From: Gemmatimonadota bacterium
Lineage (GTDB): Bacteria > Gemmatimonadota > Gemmatimonadetes > Palauibacterales > Palauibacteraceae
DNA: 64,000 bases
Reading direction: 5' to 3'
Assembly (NCBI GenBank): GCA_039588275.1
Contig: JBDHAC010000003.1
Span: 1 to 64,000, forward strand
Shown here: positions 28,257 to 37,846 of the stretch, in pieces
How positions within the stretch are numbered: the first letter of the stretch is position 1
Layout: each line of letters begins with the position of its first letter
Notes under the pieces: model-generated
The model's input: only the letters and a program-made list of their open reading frames with translations
Database searches by the model: none
Told to the model about the DNA's origin: nothing
Made by a program: the position numbers and the translations under genes

Positions 28257-29843
28257 ATGGCTGACGGGAACGATACGGTCACGCTGACCATCGACGGCGT
28301 CGAAGTCACGGTGCCCTCCGGCACCCGTGTCATCGAGGCTGCCGAGCGCGTCGGAGTCGTCGTCCCCCGGTATTGCTATCACCCCGGGATCCCGAGCCGT
28401 CCGGCCCAATGCCGAGTGTGTCTGGTCGAGGTGGAGGGACAGCCGAAGCTGCACCCCTCCTGCGTGCTTGAGGCCCAGGACGGGATGGAGGTTCGCACCG
28501 CGAGCGACGCCGCCGAGCTCGCCCGCAAGTCGGTGATCGAGTTCCTCCTCGTGAACCACCCGCTCGACTGTCCGATCTGCGACGCGGCCGGCCAGTGCAT
28601 GCTCCAGGACTACGCCTACGAGACGCACCAGCTGCAGAGCCGCCTCGACGAAGAGAAGCAGGTGATGGGCCGCGATCGTATCGCGGAGGACATCCTGTAT
28701 TTCGCGGACCGCTGCATCATCTGCACACGCTGCGTGCGTTTCATGAGGGACGTGGCCGACGACGACGCTCTGATCGTCGCGCAGCGCGGACACAAGGCGT
28801 ACATCGACACGTTCCCCGGGCGTGAGCTCGACAACCCGTTCCAGGGCAACGTCGTCGATGTGTGCCCGGTCGGCGCCCTCGTGCACGAGGACTTCATCTT
28901 CAAGGCGCGGTCCTGGGATCTCGACAAGACTCCCTCCATCTGCCCCGGCTGCTCGACGGGTTGCAACGTCACGATCGACACGAAGGAGAATCAGATCGTT
29001 CGGCTCAAGCCACGACACAACGCCGACGTGAACTCCTACTGGATGTGCGATCACGGCAGGAAGCACCTGGTGATGTCGAATCGGGGCATCCGCGCGGAAG
29101 TACCCCTGATCCGCACGAACGGACGCCTGGCTCCAGCTGACTGGAAGACCGCCCTGGGCTGGGTGACGGACAGGCTGGGTGAGCTCGACGACGGGACCGG
29201 CGGTCTGGCGGTCGTCTCCGCGGGGGCCAGCAACGAGAGCCTGTTCTACCTGTCCGCGCTCGCGCGCCACCTCGGGGTCGGACGGACCATGTATCGCGTG
29301 GCGCAGGGCGAGACGGCGACGCTGCCCGGCTTCCCGAAGCTGGAGCTCCGGGCGGATCGCGCACCGAACGCCGCAGGGGCCGAGCTACTGGGCGCCGAGC
29401 GCGCACCGGAGCAGCCCGGATCGCCCTCGGGCGCGCCCCTCATCGTGCTCGAGGACTCGCTCTCGGATGCTCCCGATGACTTCGGGTCCGATGCCTCCTT
29501 CTTCCTCTATCTTGGGACCCGACTCCCGCGCGGTGCCCGTGAGGCGGACGCGGTCCTCCCCGTTACGTCGTTCACGGAGATGGAGGGCACCTTCACGAAC
29601 TTCGAGGGCAGGGTTCAGCGCTTTCGACAGGCGCTGCAGCCGCCGGGGATCGCGAGACCGGCGTGGCTGGTGTTGAGCCGCTTGTTGGCAGGGCTGGGAG
29701 TCGGCGAGACCGCGATGGACGTGCGCAGCGCCTTCGGCGTGATGGTGGGTGAATTGCCCGCGCTCGGGGACCTGGATTGGGACCGCCTCGGGCTGAGGGG
29801 GGCACCTGTAAAGTCGGCCGCAACGGCAGCGGCGGAGGGCTAG
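28257..29843 (+). CDS. nuoG: NADH-quinone oxidoreductase subunit G (short form)
   Basis: Motifs CYHP, CRVC, NHPLDCPICD..G.C.LQ, RCI.CTRCVRF, CPVGAL and CxxCxxxC. Confidence 0.93.
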   Translation: MADGNDTVTLTIDGVEVTVPSGTRVIEAAERVGVVVPRYCYHPGIPSRPAQCRVCLVEVEGQPKLHPSCVLEAQDGMEVRTASDAAELARKSVIEFLLVNHPLDCPICDAAGQCMLQDYAYETHQLQSRLDEEKQVMGRDRIAEDILYFADRCIICTRCVRFMRDVADDDALIVAQRGHKAYIDTFPGRELDNPFQGNVVDVCPVGALVHEDFIFKARSWDLDKTPSICPGCSTGCNVTIDTKENQIVRLKPRHNADVNSYWMCDHGRKHLVMSNRGIRAEVPLIRTNGRLAPADWKTALGWVTDRLGELDDGTGGLAVVSAGASNESLFYLSALARHLGVGRTMYRVAQGETATLPGFPKLELRADRAPNAAGAELLGAERAPEQPGSPSGAPLIVLEDSLSDAPDDFGSDASFFLYLGTRLPRGAREADAVLPVTSFTEMEGTFTNFEGRVQRFRQALQPPGIARPAWLVLSRLLAGLGVGETAMDVRSAFGVMVGELPALGDLDWDRLGLRGAPVKSAATAAAEG

Positions 29844-31127
29844 GTGGATCCGGTCAGAGGGACCGCGTTCGTGTGGTTCACGGCCGGCAAGGCGGTCGTG
29901 TTCTTCACGGTGCTGTTCTTGATCGTGGCCCTGGCGACGATGGCTGAACGCAAGGTGGCCGGGTTCATCCAGGACCGCAGCGGTCCGAATCGAGTGGGGC
30001 CGTGGGGACTGTTCCAGGTCGTCGCGGACGGCATCAAGAACCTCCTCAAAGAGGAGACGATGCCGGCGCAGGCGGTTCGGCCCTTCTTCCTGCTCGCTCC
30101 GGCGATCGCGATGATCCCGGCCACGATCCTGTTTGCCGTACTCCCGTTCGCGTCTCCGCTCCCAACCCAATGGGGCTTGGTCGAGATGATCGTGGCGGAT
30201 GTCCCGATCGGATTCTTGTGGGTGCTGGCGATCGGCTCCCTCGGGGTGTACGGCGTCGTCATGGCGGGGTGGGCGTCGGGCAGCAAGTACGCGTTCCTCG
30301 GAGGACTGCGCGGTTCCGCGCAGATGATCAGTTACGAGGTGGCGCTCGCGCTCAGCCTCGTTCCTCTCATCCTGCTCGCGGGCGAGGTGCGGGTTCCGGA
30401 GCTTGTCGCCATGCAACAGAGCTTCGGCGACGGACCGGCGACCCTGTCTGTGTGGATGATCCTGCCGCTGCTCATGGGGGCGTTCTTCTTCTTCATCTCC
30501 GCGCTGGCGGAGACCAACCGGCTCCCGTTCGACCTGCCGGAGGCGGAGGCCGAGCTCGTCACCGGGTACCACACGGAGTACTCGGCCATGAAGTTCGCCA
30601 TGTTCATGTTGGGCGAGTTCTTCCACATCATCACCGTGGCGGCCCTGGTGACGGTCTTCTTCCTGGGTGGGTGGGACATCCCGTTTTGGGCCGGGGACAA
30701 CATCCGCGTGCTGTCGGACGGGACCGTGATCGGGGATCCGACCTGGTGGAAGACGCTGCTCACGGCGGGTGTGTTCGCGATCAAGATGAGCATCATCATC
30801 GTGCTGTTCATTTGGATCCGATGGACGCTCCCCCGGTTCCGGTACGATCAGTTGATGGACCTGGGCTGGAAGTTCCTGCTCGAGGCGGTAACGGTCTACA
30901 TCCTCATCATCGCGCTCGCAGTCCTGGTCATCGAAGGTGCGGGGATCCAGATGGGTCCCGTTTACGCCGCGATTCTATTCGGATTGAACGTCATACTCGC
31001 CGTGCTGGTCTTCTTCGTCCTGGATCGGGGGGTGCTCATTCGAGGTGGCAACTACCGCACCAAGCTCGAAGAGCGGAAACGAGCCGTCGAGGGGCAGCGA
31101 GCGGCGCAGGAAGGAGAGGTCGCTTGA
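29844..31127 (+). CDS. nuoH: NADH-quinone oxidoreductase subunit H
   Basis: Motifs ERKV...Q.R.GPNRVG, AQMISYE, ETNRLPFDL.EAE and PRFRYDQ. Confidence 0.97.
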   Translation: MDPVRGTAFVWFTAGKAVVFFTVLFLIVALATMAERKVAGFIQDRSGPNRVGPWGLFQVVADGIKNLLKEETMPAQAVRPFFLLAPAIAMIPATILFAVLPFASPLPTQWGLVEMIVADVPIGFLWVLAIGSLGVYGVVMAGWASGSKYAFLGGLRGSAQMISYEVALALSLVPLILLAGEVRVPELVAMQQSFGDGPATLSVWMILPLLMGAFFFFISALAETNRLPFDLPEAEAELVTGYHTEYSAMKFAMFMLGEFFHIITVAALVTVFFLGGWDIPFWAGDNIRVLSDGTVIGDPTWWKTLLTAGVFAIKMSIIIVLFIWIRWTLPRFRYDQLMDLGWKFLLEAVTVYILIIALAVLVIEGAGIQMGPVYAAILFGLNVILAVLVFFVLDRGVLIRGGNYRTKLEERKRAVEGQRAAQEGEVA

Positions 31128-31142
31128 TTCGGGGAGGTCGTC

Positions 31143-31640
31143 GTGCCCGGTGACGTAAAGGTCGTTCAACGCCCCGAGGAGGGCGGCTCCTACGTGCGCG
31201 CGGCCATGAAGGGAATGGGCGTGACGCTTCGGCACATGGTAAACCCACGCAAAGTCACGCAGCAGTACCCGGATGAGAAGTGGGAACTGGCGCCACGCGT
31301 TCGCGGGACCCACCGCATGGCCACGCACGAGGACGGCCGTGCCAAGTGTGTGGCCTGCGGCCTGTGTCCGACCGTCTGCCCGGTCAACTGCATTAAGCTC
31401 ATTCCGGCGGAGGATGAGAACGGCGAGCGCTACGCCGCCGTCTACGAGATCGACGAGTTCCGCTGCATCTTCTGCGGATTCTGTCAGGAGGTTTGCCCGG
31501 TGGAGGCGATCCACCTGGGCGTGCACTACGAGAACGCCGAATACACGCGCGAGCGCTGGGTCTACGATCTGGAGCGACTCTGCGAGCAGGACCATCCGTA
31601 CACCGGCCTTTGGGAGCCGTCGGATCCGGCCTCGGAATGA
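31143..31640 (+). CDS. nuoI: NADH-quinone oxidoreductase subunit I
   Basis: Two CxxCxxCxxxCP ferredoxin motifs; T.QYP.E. Confidence 0.96.
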   Translation: MPGDVKVVQRPEEGGSYVRAAMKGMGVTLRHMVNPRKVTQQYPDEKWELAPRVRGTHRMATHEDGRAKCVACGLCPTVCPVNCIKLIPAEDENGERYAAVYEIDEFRCIFCGFCQEVCPVEAIHLGVHYENAEYTRERWVYDLERLCEQDHPYTGLWEPSDPASE

Positions 31641-32164
31641 TTCAGGAATTCGTCTTCTTCCTGTTCGCGGCCGGCGCCGTCCTGGGCTCCATCCTGATGG
31701 TGACGCGTCGGAATCCGGTGGCCAGCGCGATCTTCTTGATTGCGGTCTTCTTCTGCGTCTCGGGCCTGTTCCTGCTCCTCGAGGCACACTTCATCGCGGT
31801 CCTCAACGTCATCCTGTACGCGGGCGCGATCATGGTGCTGTTCCTCTTCGTGATCATGCTCCTGAACCTCGGTCATGCGACGTGGCGCGACCTGAGGGGC
31901 CCGTTCGGGGCGTTGGTCGTTGGCTCGGTCGCGGTCGCGTTTCTGGGAGTCCTGACCCGGTTCCTGTTCGGTGGCGGAGAGCCGGTGGTGGGGGGCACGC
32001 CAGCGGGTGAGGCCCTCCAAGCCGCGGCGGCCGAGGAAGGCGTCGTGCGTGTGGTGGCGGAGCCGCTGTTTCGCGACTACACGGTTCCGTTCGAGATCGC
32101 GGGCCTGCTGCTGCTCGTCGCCATCGTGGGAACGATCCTGCTGGCGCGGAGGGAGACACCGTGA
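31637..32164 (+). CDS. nuoJ: NADH-quinone oxidoreductase subunit J
   Basis: Motifs [20 protein letters not shown] and PFEI..LLLLVA. Confidence 0.95.
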   Translation: MIQEFVFFLFAAGAVLGSILMVTRRNPVASAIFLIAVFFCVSGLFLLLEAHFIAVLNVILYAGAIMVLFLFVIMLLNLGHATWRDLRGPFGALVVGSVAVAFLGVLTRFLFGGGEPVVGGTPAGEALQAAAAEEGVVRVVAEPLFRDYTVPFEIAGLLLLVAIVGTILLARRETP

Positions 32165-32472
32165 CCGGTCTGCCGCCGCTCGGTCCCGAAGCGCTCGTGC
32201 TGAGCGCGATCCTGTTCGTGATCGGCGTGGGCGGGGTACTCCTGCGCCGGAACGCGATCATCGTGTTCATGTGCATCGAGCTGATGCTCACCGCAGTCAA
32301 TCTGAGCCTCGTCACCTTCTCCAGGGTCCACGGCGTACAGGGGCAGCTGCTCGTCTTCTTCGTGATGGCAGTGGCGGCGGCCGAGGCCGCCGTCGGGCTC
32401 GCGATCATCATCGCGATCTTCCGGCACTACGAGGTCGTGGATCTCGACCGCTTCCACCTCCTGAAATGGTGA
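32161..32472 (+). CDS. nuoK: NADH-quinone oxidoreductase subunit K
   Basis: Motifs RRN.I..FM.IELM and [10 protein letters not shown]. Confidence 0.96.
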   Translation: MTGLPPLGPEALVLSAILFVIGVGGVLLRRNAIIVFMCIELMLTAVNLSLVTFSRVHGVQGQLLVFFVMAVAAAEAAVGLAIIIAIFRHYEVVDLDRFHLLKW

Positions 32473-32479
32473 TGGGAAC

Positions 32480-34555
32480 GTGATCGGCTGGGCGGCGGTG
32501 TTGAACGGGATGCTCGTTCAGGAGCACGTCCAGGAGGGCGCGGCGGCCGCGTTCGAGCCTGTCCTGCCCGCTCTGATCCTCGCGCTCCCGCTGCTCGGGG
32601 CGATCGTCAACGGAATCGGCGCTTTTCGGTGGCGGAAGAACGTGACGATTCCGAGCCTGGTCGGACCTCTCACGGTGCTCGCCGCGTTCGTCGTCGTGCT
32701 GGTCAACTTCTTCGCGATGCGCGCGGCCGCCCCGCACGATCCGACGATCGCGCACCTGTGGACGTGGATGTCATCCGGCGACCTGCGGGTCGGCGTCGAC
32801 CTGCAGTTCGACCAGCTGTCGCTCCTCATGTGTCTCGTCGTCACCGGCGTCGGCGGGATCATCCACGTCTACAGCGTCGGGTACATGCGCGACGATCCCG
32901 GCTACTCGCGCTACTTCTCGTACCTGAACCTGTTCGTCTTCTTCATGCTCGTGCTCGTCATGGGCGCCAGCCTCCCCGTGATGTTCATCGGCTGGGAGGG
33001 CGTGGGTCTGTGCTCGTACCTGCTGATCGGGTTCTGGTACGAGAACCGGGAGTTCTCGAACGCCGGGAAGAAGGCGTTCATCGTCAACCGGATCGGGGAC
33101 GCGGGCTTCCTGGTCGCGATGTTCCTCTTGTTCGTGACCTTCGGCACGCTGGATTTGGTCCCCATCTTCGCCCAGGCGCCGGCGACGCTCGAGTACGGTG
33201 GGCTGCTGGTGACCGGGATCACGCTGCTCCTGTTCCTCGGGTGCGCCGGGAAGTCGGCCCAGATCCCGCTCTTCGTGTGGCTCCCCGACGCGATGGCGGG
33301 TCCGACGCCCGTCTCCGCGCTTATTCATGCGGCCACGATGGTGACCGCGGGCGTGTACCTCGTGGCCCGCGCCGGCGTGTTGTTCGCGCTCGCGCCGGTC
33401 TCGCAGGCCGTCGTGGCGGCGGTGGGCATCGGCACGGCGCTGTTCGCCGCGACGATCGCCATCCAGCAGTACGACATCAAGAAGGTGCTGGCGTACAGCA
33501 CCATCTCGCAGCTCGGGTACATGTTCCTCGCGGTCGGCGTCGGCGCCTTCACGGCGGGGATCTTCCACCTCATGACGCACGCCTTCTTCAAGGCGCTCCT
33601 CTTCCTCGGCGCGGGCGCGGTGATCCACTCGGTGCACCACGCGTGGGATCACGCGGATGTGCACGGCGACCCGAACGACATGCGCAACTACGGGGCGCTT
33701 CGCCGCTTCATGCCGATCACGTGGATCACCATGTGGATCGCGACGCTCGCGATCTCCGGCGTCTTCCCGTTCGCGGGCTTCTTCTCGAAGGACGAGATCA
33801 TCTGGTCTGCCGGCGCCTACGGGTACCCGATCCTGTGGGTCGTCGCGATCGCCACCGCGATCCTCACCGCCACATACATGACCCGGCTGATGGTCATGAC
33901 CTTTCATGGGCAAAACCGGACGTTCGGGAGCCCCGGCGAGGTCTCCGGGCACGATTTGAAGGGTCGCCACCTGCACGAGGCGCCGGCGGTCATGTGGGTA
34001 CCGCTCGTGATCCTGGCGGTCCTGTCGGTCGTGGGTGGCTGGGTCAACATCCCGGAGGCGCTTCCGCTCCCACACATCGAGGCACTGCACCACTGGCTCG
34101 AGCCGGTGTTCGAGCCGGCACGTGCGGTCGCGGCGGGGGTGGGGATCGAGGCCGCGCACGCGTCGCCGATCGGAGGAGGCGAGGCGATGTGGGCGGCCCT
34201 GTCGGTGCTCGCGGCGCTGGTCGCGATCGTCCTCACGCTACGGGCCCTGGCTCCTCGCGCCTACCGGCCGGCGGCGGAGTCTCCGGAGCCGGCCGGGTTC
34301 GCGCGGGTGCTGTATCGCAAGTGGTATGTGGATGAGCTCTACGACCGTCTCGTCGTTCGACCCCTGCTGGCGCTGTGGCGCGGTTGCTGGAAGATCGTCG
34401 ACGATCGTCTGATCGACGGTACCATAAACGGGCTGGGTAATGCGGCGCGCATGTTCGGATGGATGGGCGGGCAGCTTCAGAGCGGCCGCGTGACAACGTA
34501 TCTCGTCATTTTCATGCTGGGGACGCTACTCGTCCTCGGTGTCCTGGCGGGGTGA
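32480..34555 (+). CDS. nuoL: NADH-quinone oxidoreductase subunit L
   Basis: Motifs GWEGVG, NRIGD, GKSAQ.PL..WLPDAMAGPTPVSALIHAATMV and HAFFKA. Confidence 0.97.
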   Translation: MIGWAAVLNGMLVQEHVQEGAAAAFEPVLPALILALPLLGAIVNGIGAFRWRKNVTIPSLVGPLTVLAAFVVVLVNFFAMRAAAPHDPTIAHLWTWMSSGDLRVGVDLQFDQLSLLMCLVVTGVGGIIHVYSVGYMRDDPGYSRYFSYLNLFVFFMLVLVMGASLPVMFIGWEGVGLCSYLLIGFWYENREFSNAGKKAFIVNRIGDAGFLVAMFLLFVTFGTLDLVPIFAQAPATLEYGGLLVTGITLLLFLGCAGKSAQIPLFVWLPDAMAGPTPVSALIHAATMVTAGVYLVARAGVLFALAPVSQAVVAAVGIGTALFAATIAIQQYDIKKVLAYSTISQLGYMFLAVGVGAFTAGIFHLMTHAFFKALLFLGAGAVIHSVHHAWDHADVHGDPNDMRNYGALRRFMPITWITMWIATLAISGVFPFAGFFSKDEIIWSAGAYGYPILWVVAIATAILTATYMTRLMVMTFHGQNRTFGSPGEVSGHDLKGRHLHEAPAVMWVPLVILAVLSVVGGWVNIPEALPLPHIEALHHWLEPVFEPARAVAAGVGIEAAHASPIGGGEAMWAALSVLAALVAIVLTLRALAPRAYRPAAESPEPAGFARVLYRKWYVDELYDRLVVRPLLALWRGCWKIVDDRLIDGTINGLGNAARMFGWMGGQLQSGRVTTYLVIFMLGTLLVLGVLAG

Positions 34556-34559
34556 AGAC

Positions 34560-36218
34560 ATGAGCCTGTACGAGTCGCACTGGGCGCTCACGCTGCTGCT
34601 GCTGGTCCCGATGGTCGGGGCCGTGGCCTGCTTCCTCGGACCGGAGGCACGGGCAAAGGGAGTGGCGCTCGTAACCACGGTCGTGGCCTTCCTGCTATCG
34701 CTGCCCCTCTTCTGGAGCTTCGATACCGGGACGGCGGCGTTCCAGAACCACGTGTCTACCGCCTGGATCGAATCGTGGGGGATCCGCTACGCGGTGGGGG
34801 TGGACGGGATCTCGCTCCTGATGGTCCTGCTCACGACGTTCATCATGCCCATCTCGGTGGCGGGATCCTTCAGCTACATCAAGAAGCGCGAGCGCGCGTT
34901 CTACGGGATGATGCTGATCCTCATGACCGGCATGATCGGGACGTTCGTGGCGCTCGACCTGTTCTTGTTCTACGTGTTCTGGGAGCTGATGCTGATCCCG
35001 ATGTACTTCCTGATCGGGATCTGGGGCGGCGAACGGCGGATCTATTCGGCGGTCAAGTTCTTCCTGTATACGGCTGCCGGGTCGCTGCTCATGCTGGTTG
35101 CGATCGTGGTCCTCGTGTTCATGCACAACGAGGCGTTCGGCGTTCCCAGCTTCGGGTACGAGGACTTGCTCCGTCTGGAGATTCCCGGCACTCCGCAGCT
35201 GTGGCTGTTCGGGGCGTTCGGGTTGGCGTTCGCGGTCAAAGTGCCGATCTTCCCGCTCCACACCTGGCTCCCGGACGCCCACGTCGAGGCGCCGACCGCG
35301 GGGTCTGTGATCCTCGCCGGCATCCTCCTGAAGATGGGCATCTACGGCTTCCTTCGGTTCAGCGTGCCCCTCTTCCCGCTCGCCGCGACCGACCCGACGG
35401 TGTTGGGGGCGATGCTGACGCTGGGGCTGGTGGGTATCCTGTACGCGGCGTGGGTCGCCGCCGTACAGCCAGATGCGAAGAAGCTCATCGCGTACACGTC
35501 CGTCGCCCACCTCGGCTTCGTGGTGATCGGCGTCTTCGGCTTCACGGTGCAGGGTCTAGAGGGTGGAATCCTGCAGATGGTGAACCACGGCATCTCGACC
35601 GGCGCACTGTTCCTGCTCGTCGGCATGCTCTACGAGCGCCGGCACACGCGGCTGATCTCCGAGTTCGGCGGGATCGCGCGCCGCATGCCGTTCTTCGCGT
35701 TCACCCTCGTCGTGGTCGCTCTCAGCTCGATCGGCCTTCCCGGCACGAACGGCTTCGTCGGTGAGTTCCTGATCCTGGTCGGGACGTTCCGCACGCACCC
35801 GGTGCTCGTCGCCGTCGCCACGACGGGCGTGATCTTCGCGGCCTGCTACATGCTTCCGATGGTTCAGCGGGTCCTGTTCAACCCGCTGGACCGCGACGAG
35901 AACAAGGAGCTCACCGATCTGTCCCCGCGCGAGCGGGCCATCCTCGTGCCCATGCTGGCGCTGATCCTGCTGATCGGGGTCCTGCCGGGGCCGTTCCTGG
36001 ACCGGACCAGCGCATCGGTCGAGGCACTCCTGGAGCGCGTCGAGGCGCGAGGGCGACCGGTCGCGGCGGCCGTGGCGGTGCCGATCCGCCCGGAGATCTC
36101 GCTGCTGCCCGCTCCATCAGTCCCGTCCGAGGTGACCGGCGTTCGGGAGCCGGGGTTACCGGCCCGGCGCTCGCCTTCGAGGCGGGACCCGGCACGGCCG
36201 GGCCGGGAAGGGGAGTGA
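34560..36218 (+). CDS. nuoM: NADH-quinone oxidoreductase subunit M
   Basis: Motifs FWELML.P, K.P.FP.HTWLPDAH.EAP, LLKMG and PGTNGF.GE. Confidence 0.97.
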   Translation: MSLYESHWALTLLLLVPMVGAVACFLGPEARAKGVALVTTVVAFLLSLPLFWSFDTGTAAFQNHVSTAWIESWGIRYAVGVDGISLLMVLLTTFIMPISVAGSFSYIKKRERAFYGMMLILMTGMIGTFVALDLFLFYVFWELMLIPMYFLIGIWGGERRIYSAVKFFLYTAAGSLLMLVAIVVLVFMHNEAFGVPSFGYEDLLRLEIPGTPQLWLFGAFGLAFAVKVPIFPLHTWLPDAHVEAPTAGSVILAGILLKMGIYGFLRFSVPLFPLAATDPTVLGAMLTLGLVGILYAAWVAAVQPDAKKLIAYTSVAHLGFVVIGVFGFTVQGLEGGILQMVNHGISTGALFLLVGMLYERRHTRLISEFGGIARRMPFFAFTLVVVALSSIGLPGTNGFVGEFLILVGTFRTHPVLVAVATTGVIFAACYMLPMVQRVLFNPLDRDENKELTDLSPRERAILVPMLALILLIGVLPGPFLDRTSASVEALLERVEARGRPVAAAVAVPIRPEISLLPAPSVPSEVTGVREPGLPARRSPSRRDPARPGREGE

Positions 36219-36219
36219 G

Positions 36220-37800
36220 ATGAGCCCGCTCGACTTCTCGTCGCACGGCGACTACCTGATCGCTCTCCTCCCGGAGATGATCGTGGCGCTTACGGCCATG
36301 ATCATCCTCATGGTCGACGTGTCCCGCCGCGGCCACAGAGGAGGCCAGAGCGGCGCCTGGGTGGGGCACCTGACCGTGTTCGGGGTCGTCCTGGCGTTCG
36401 TGGCGAATGCCTGGCTGCTCGGCGCGACCGCCGCCGGCGACGGCGCCCTCGTGGCCGTCGACGCGTACCGGGTGGTGGCGAACTTCATCGTATTGGCGGC
36501 GACGCTACTGACCGCCGCTTACGCTCAGGATTACCTGGAGCGGGAGGGGCTTCGGGTCGGCGAGTTCTACGCGCTGCTACTCCTCGCTTCAGTCGGGATG
36601 ATGATCCTGGTCGCCGCGCGCGACCTGATCGTGCTGTTCATGGGTCTGGAGCTGATGTCGATCTCCGTGTACGTGCTGACAGGCTTCGCACGGCAGGATC
36701 CACGCTCCTCCGAGGCCGCGCTCAAGTATTTCATCGTCGGGGCCTTCGCGAGCGCCTTTCTGCTGTTCGGGATCGCATTGGTGTATGGTGCCGCGGGAAG
36801 CACGCACCTCGGTTCGGTTGCCGGTCAGATCGCGGAGGCGAGCGCGAGCGGCGATCTCATTCTGACCGCCGGGATCGGGCTCTTGCTCATCGGGTTCGGC
36901 TTCAAGATCGCCGCCGTGCCGTTCCATATGTGGACGCCCGACGCCTATCAAGGTGCCCCGACGCCAGTCACGGGCTACATGGCCACCGGAGTGAAGGCGG
37001 CCGCATTCGTGGCGCTGCTGCGACTGCTCACGGTCGACCTCGCGGCGGCTACCCAGATCTGGCAGACCGCCGTGTGGTGGCTGGCGTTTCTGACCATGAT
37101 CGTGCCCAACCTGGTCGCGTTGGCGCAGGACGACGTGAAGCGGATGCTGGCCTACTCCTCCGTGGCCCACGCCGGCTACCTGCTGATCGGGGTGATGGCG
37201 AGCTCGAGTTCGGGACGAGCCGCGGCCTTGTTCTACCTCGCGGCGTACACGCTCATGACGGTCGGGGCGTTCGCGATCGTCTATCACGTGGCGGGACGGG
37301 GTGACCGCAGATCCGGCCTCGCCGATTTCCGCGGCCTCGGCTGGCGGCGGCCGTGGATGGGTGTGGCACTGGTCGTCTTCCTCCTGTCGTTGGCGGGCTT
37401 CCCTCCGACGGCCGGGTTCATCGGCAAGCTGTTCCTGCTTCGGGCGGCCGTCGACGTGGGGCAAACGACGCTCGCGGTCACGCTCGTGCTCACCAGTCTG
37501 GTCGCCTACTACTACTACCTGCGGGTCGTGTGGAAGATGTACTTCGAGACGACCCCGTCCGAAGCTACCGCGATCCCGGGTCCAGGCGTGGGCTTCCGCC
37601 TCGCGACCGGGATATGCGCGATCGGTCTGTTGCTCTTCGGCCTGTTCCCTCAGATGGCGCTACGCGGGATGCGTCGGGCGGCCGAGGATCTGACGCCGTC
37701 CGCGATCGTTGCCAGTCCGGTCGAGGGCGCAGCCGGGACCACGGGCTCCCTCCCACCACGGGCCCTCGCCCCCGACCGCGCCGAGTCCACGGACCCCTGA
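36220..37800 (+). CDS. nuoN: NADH-quinone oxidoreductase subunit N
   Basis: Motifs EAALKYF, FK..AVPFH.WTPD.Y.GAP, KRMLAYSS and SLAG.PP. Confidence 0.97.
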   Translation: MSPLDFSSHGDYLIALLPEMIVALTAMIILMVDVSRRGHRGGQSGAWVGHLTVFGVVLAFVANAWLLGATAAGDGALVAVDAYRVVANFIVLAATLLTAAYAQDYLEREGLRVGEFYALLLLASVGMMILVAARDLIVLFMGLELMSISVYVLTGFARQDPRSSEAALKYFIVGAFASAFLLFGIALVYGAAGSTHLGSVAGQIAEASASGDLILTAGIGLLLIGFGFKIAAVPFHMWTPDAYQGAPTPVTGYMATGVKAAAFVALLRLLTVDLAAATQIWQTAVWWLAFLTMIVPNLVALAQDDVKRMLAYSSVAHAGYLLIGVMASSSSGRAAALFYLAAYTLMTVGAFAIVYHVAGRGDRRSGLADFRGLGWRRPWMGVALVVFLLSLAGFPPTAGFIGKLFLLRAAVDVGQTTLAVTLVLTSLVAYYYYLRVVWKMYFETTPSEATAIPGPGVGFRLATGICAIGLLLFGLFPQMALRGMRRAAEDLTPSAIVASPVEGAAGTTGSLPPRALAPDRAESTDP

Positions 37801-37846
37801 CATCGCCGTCGCCCTTTCTCGGCGGTGGTCATCCCAGAGAGACGGA

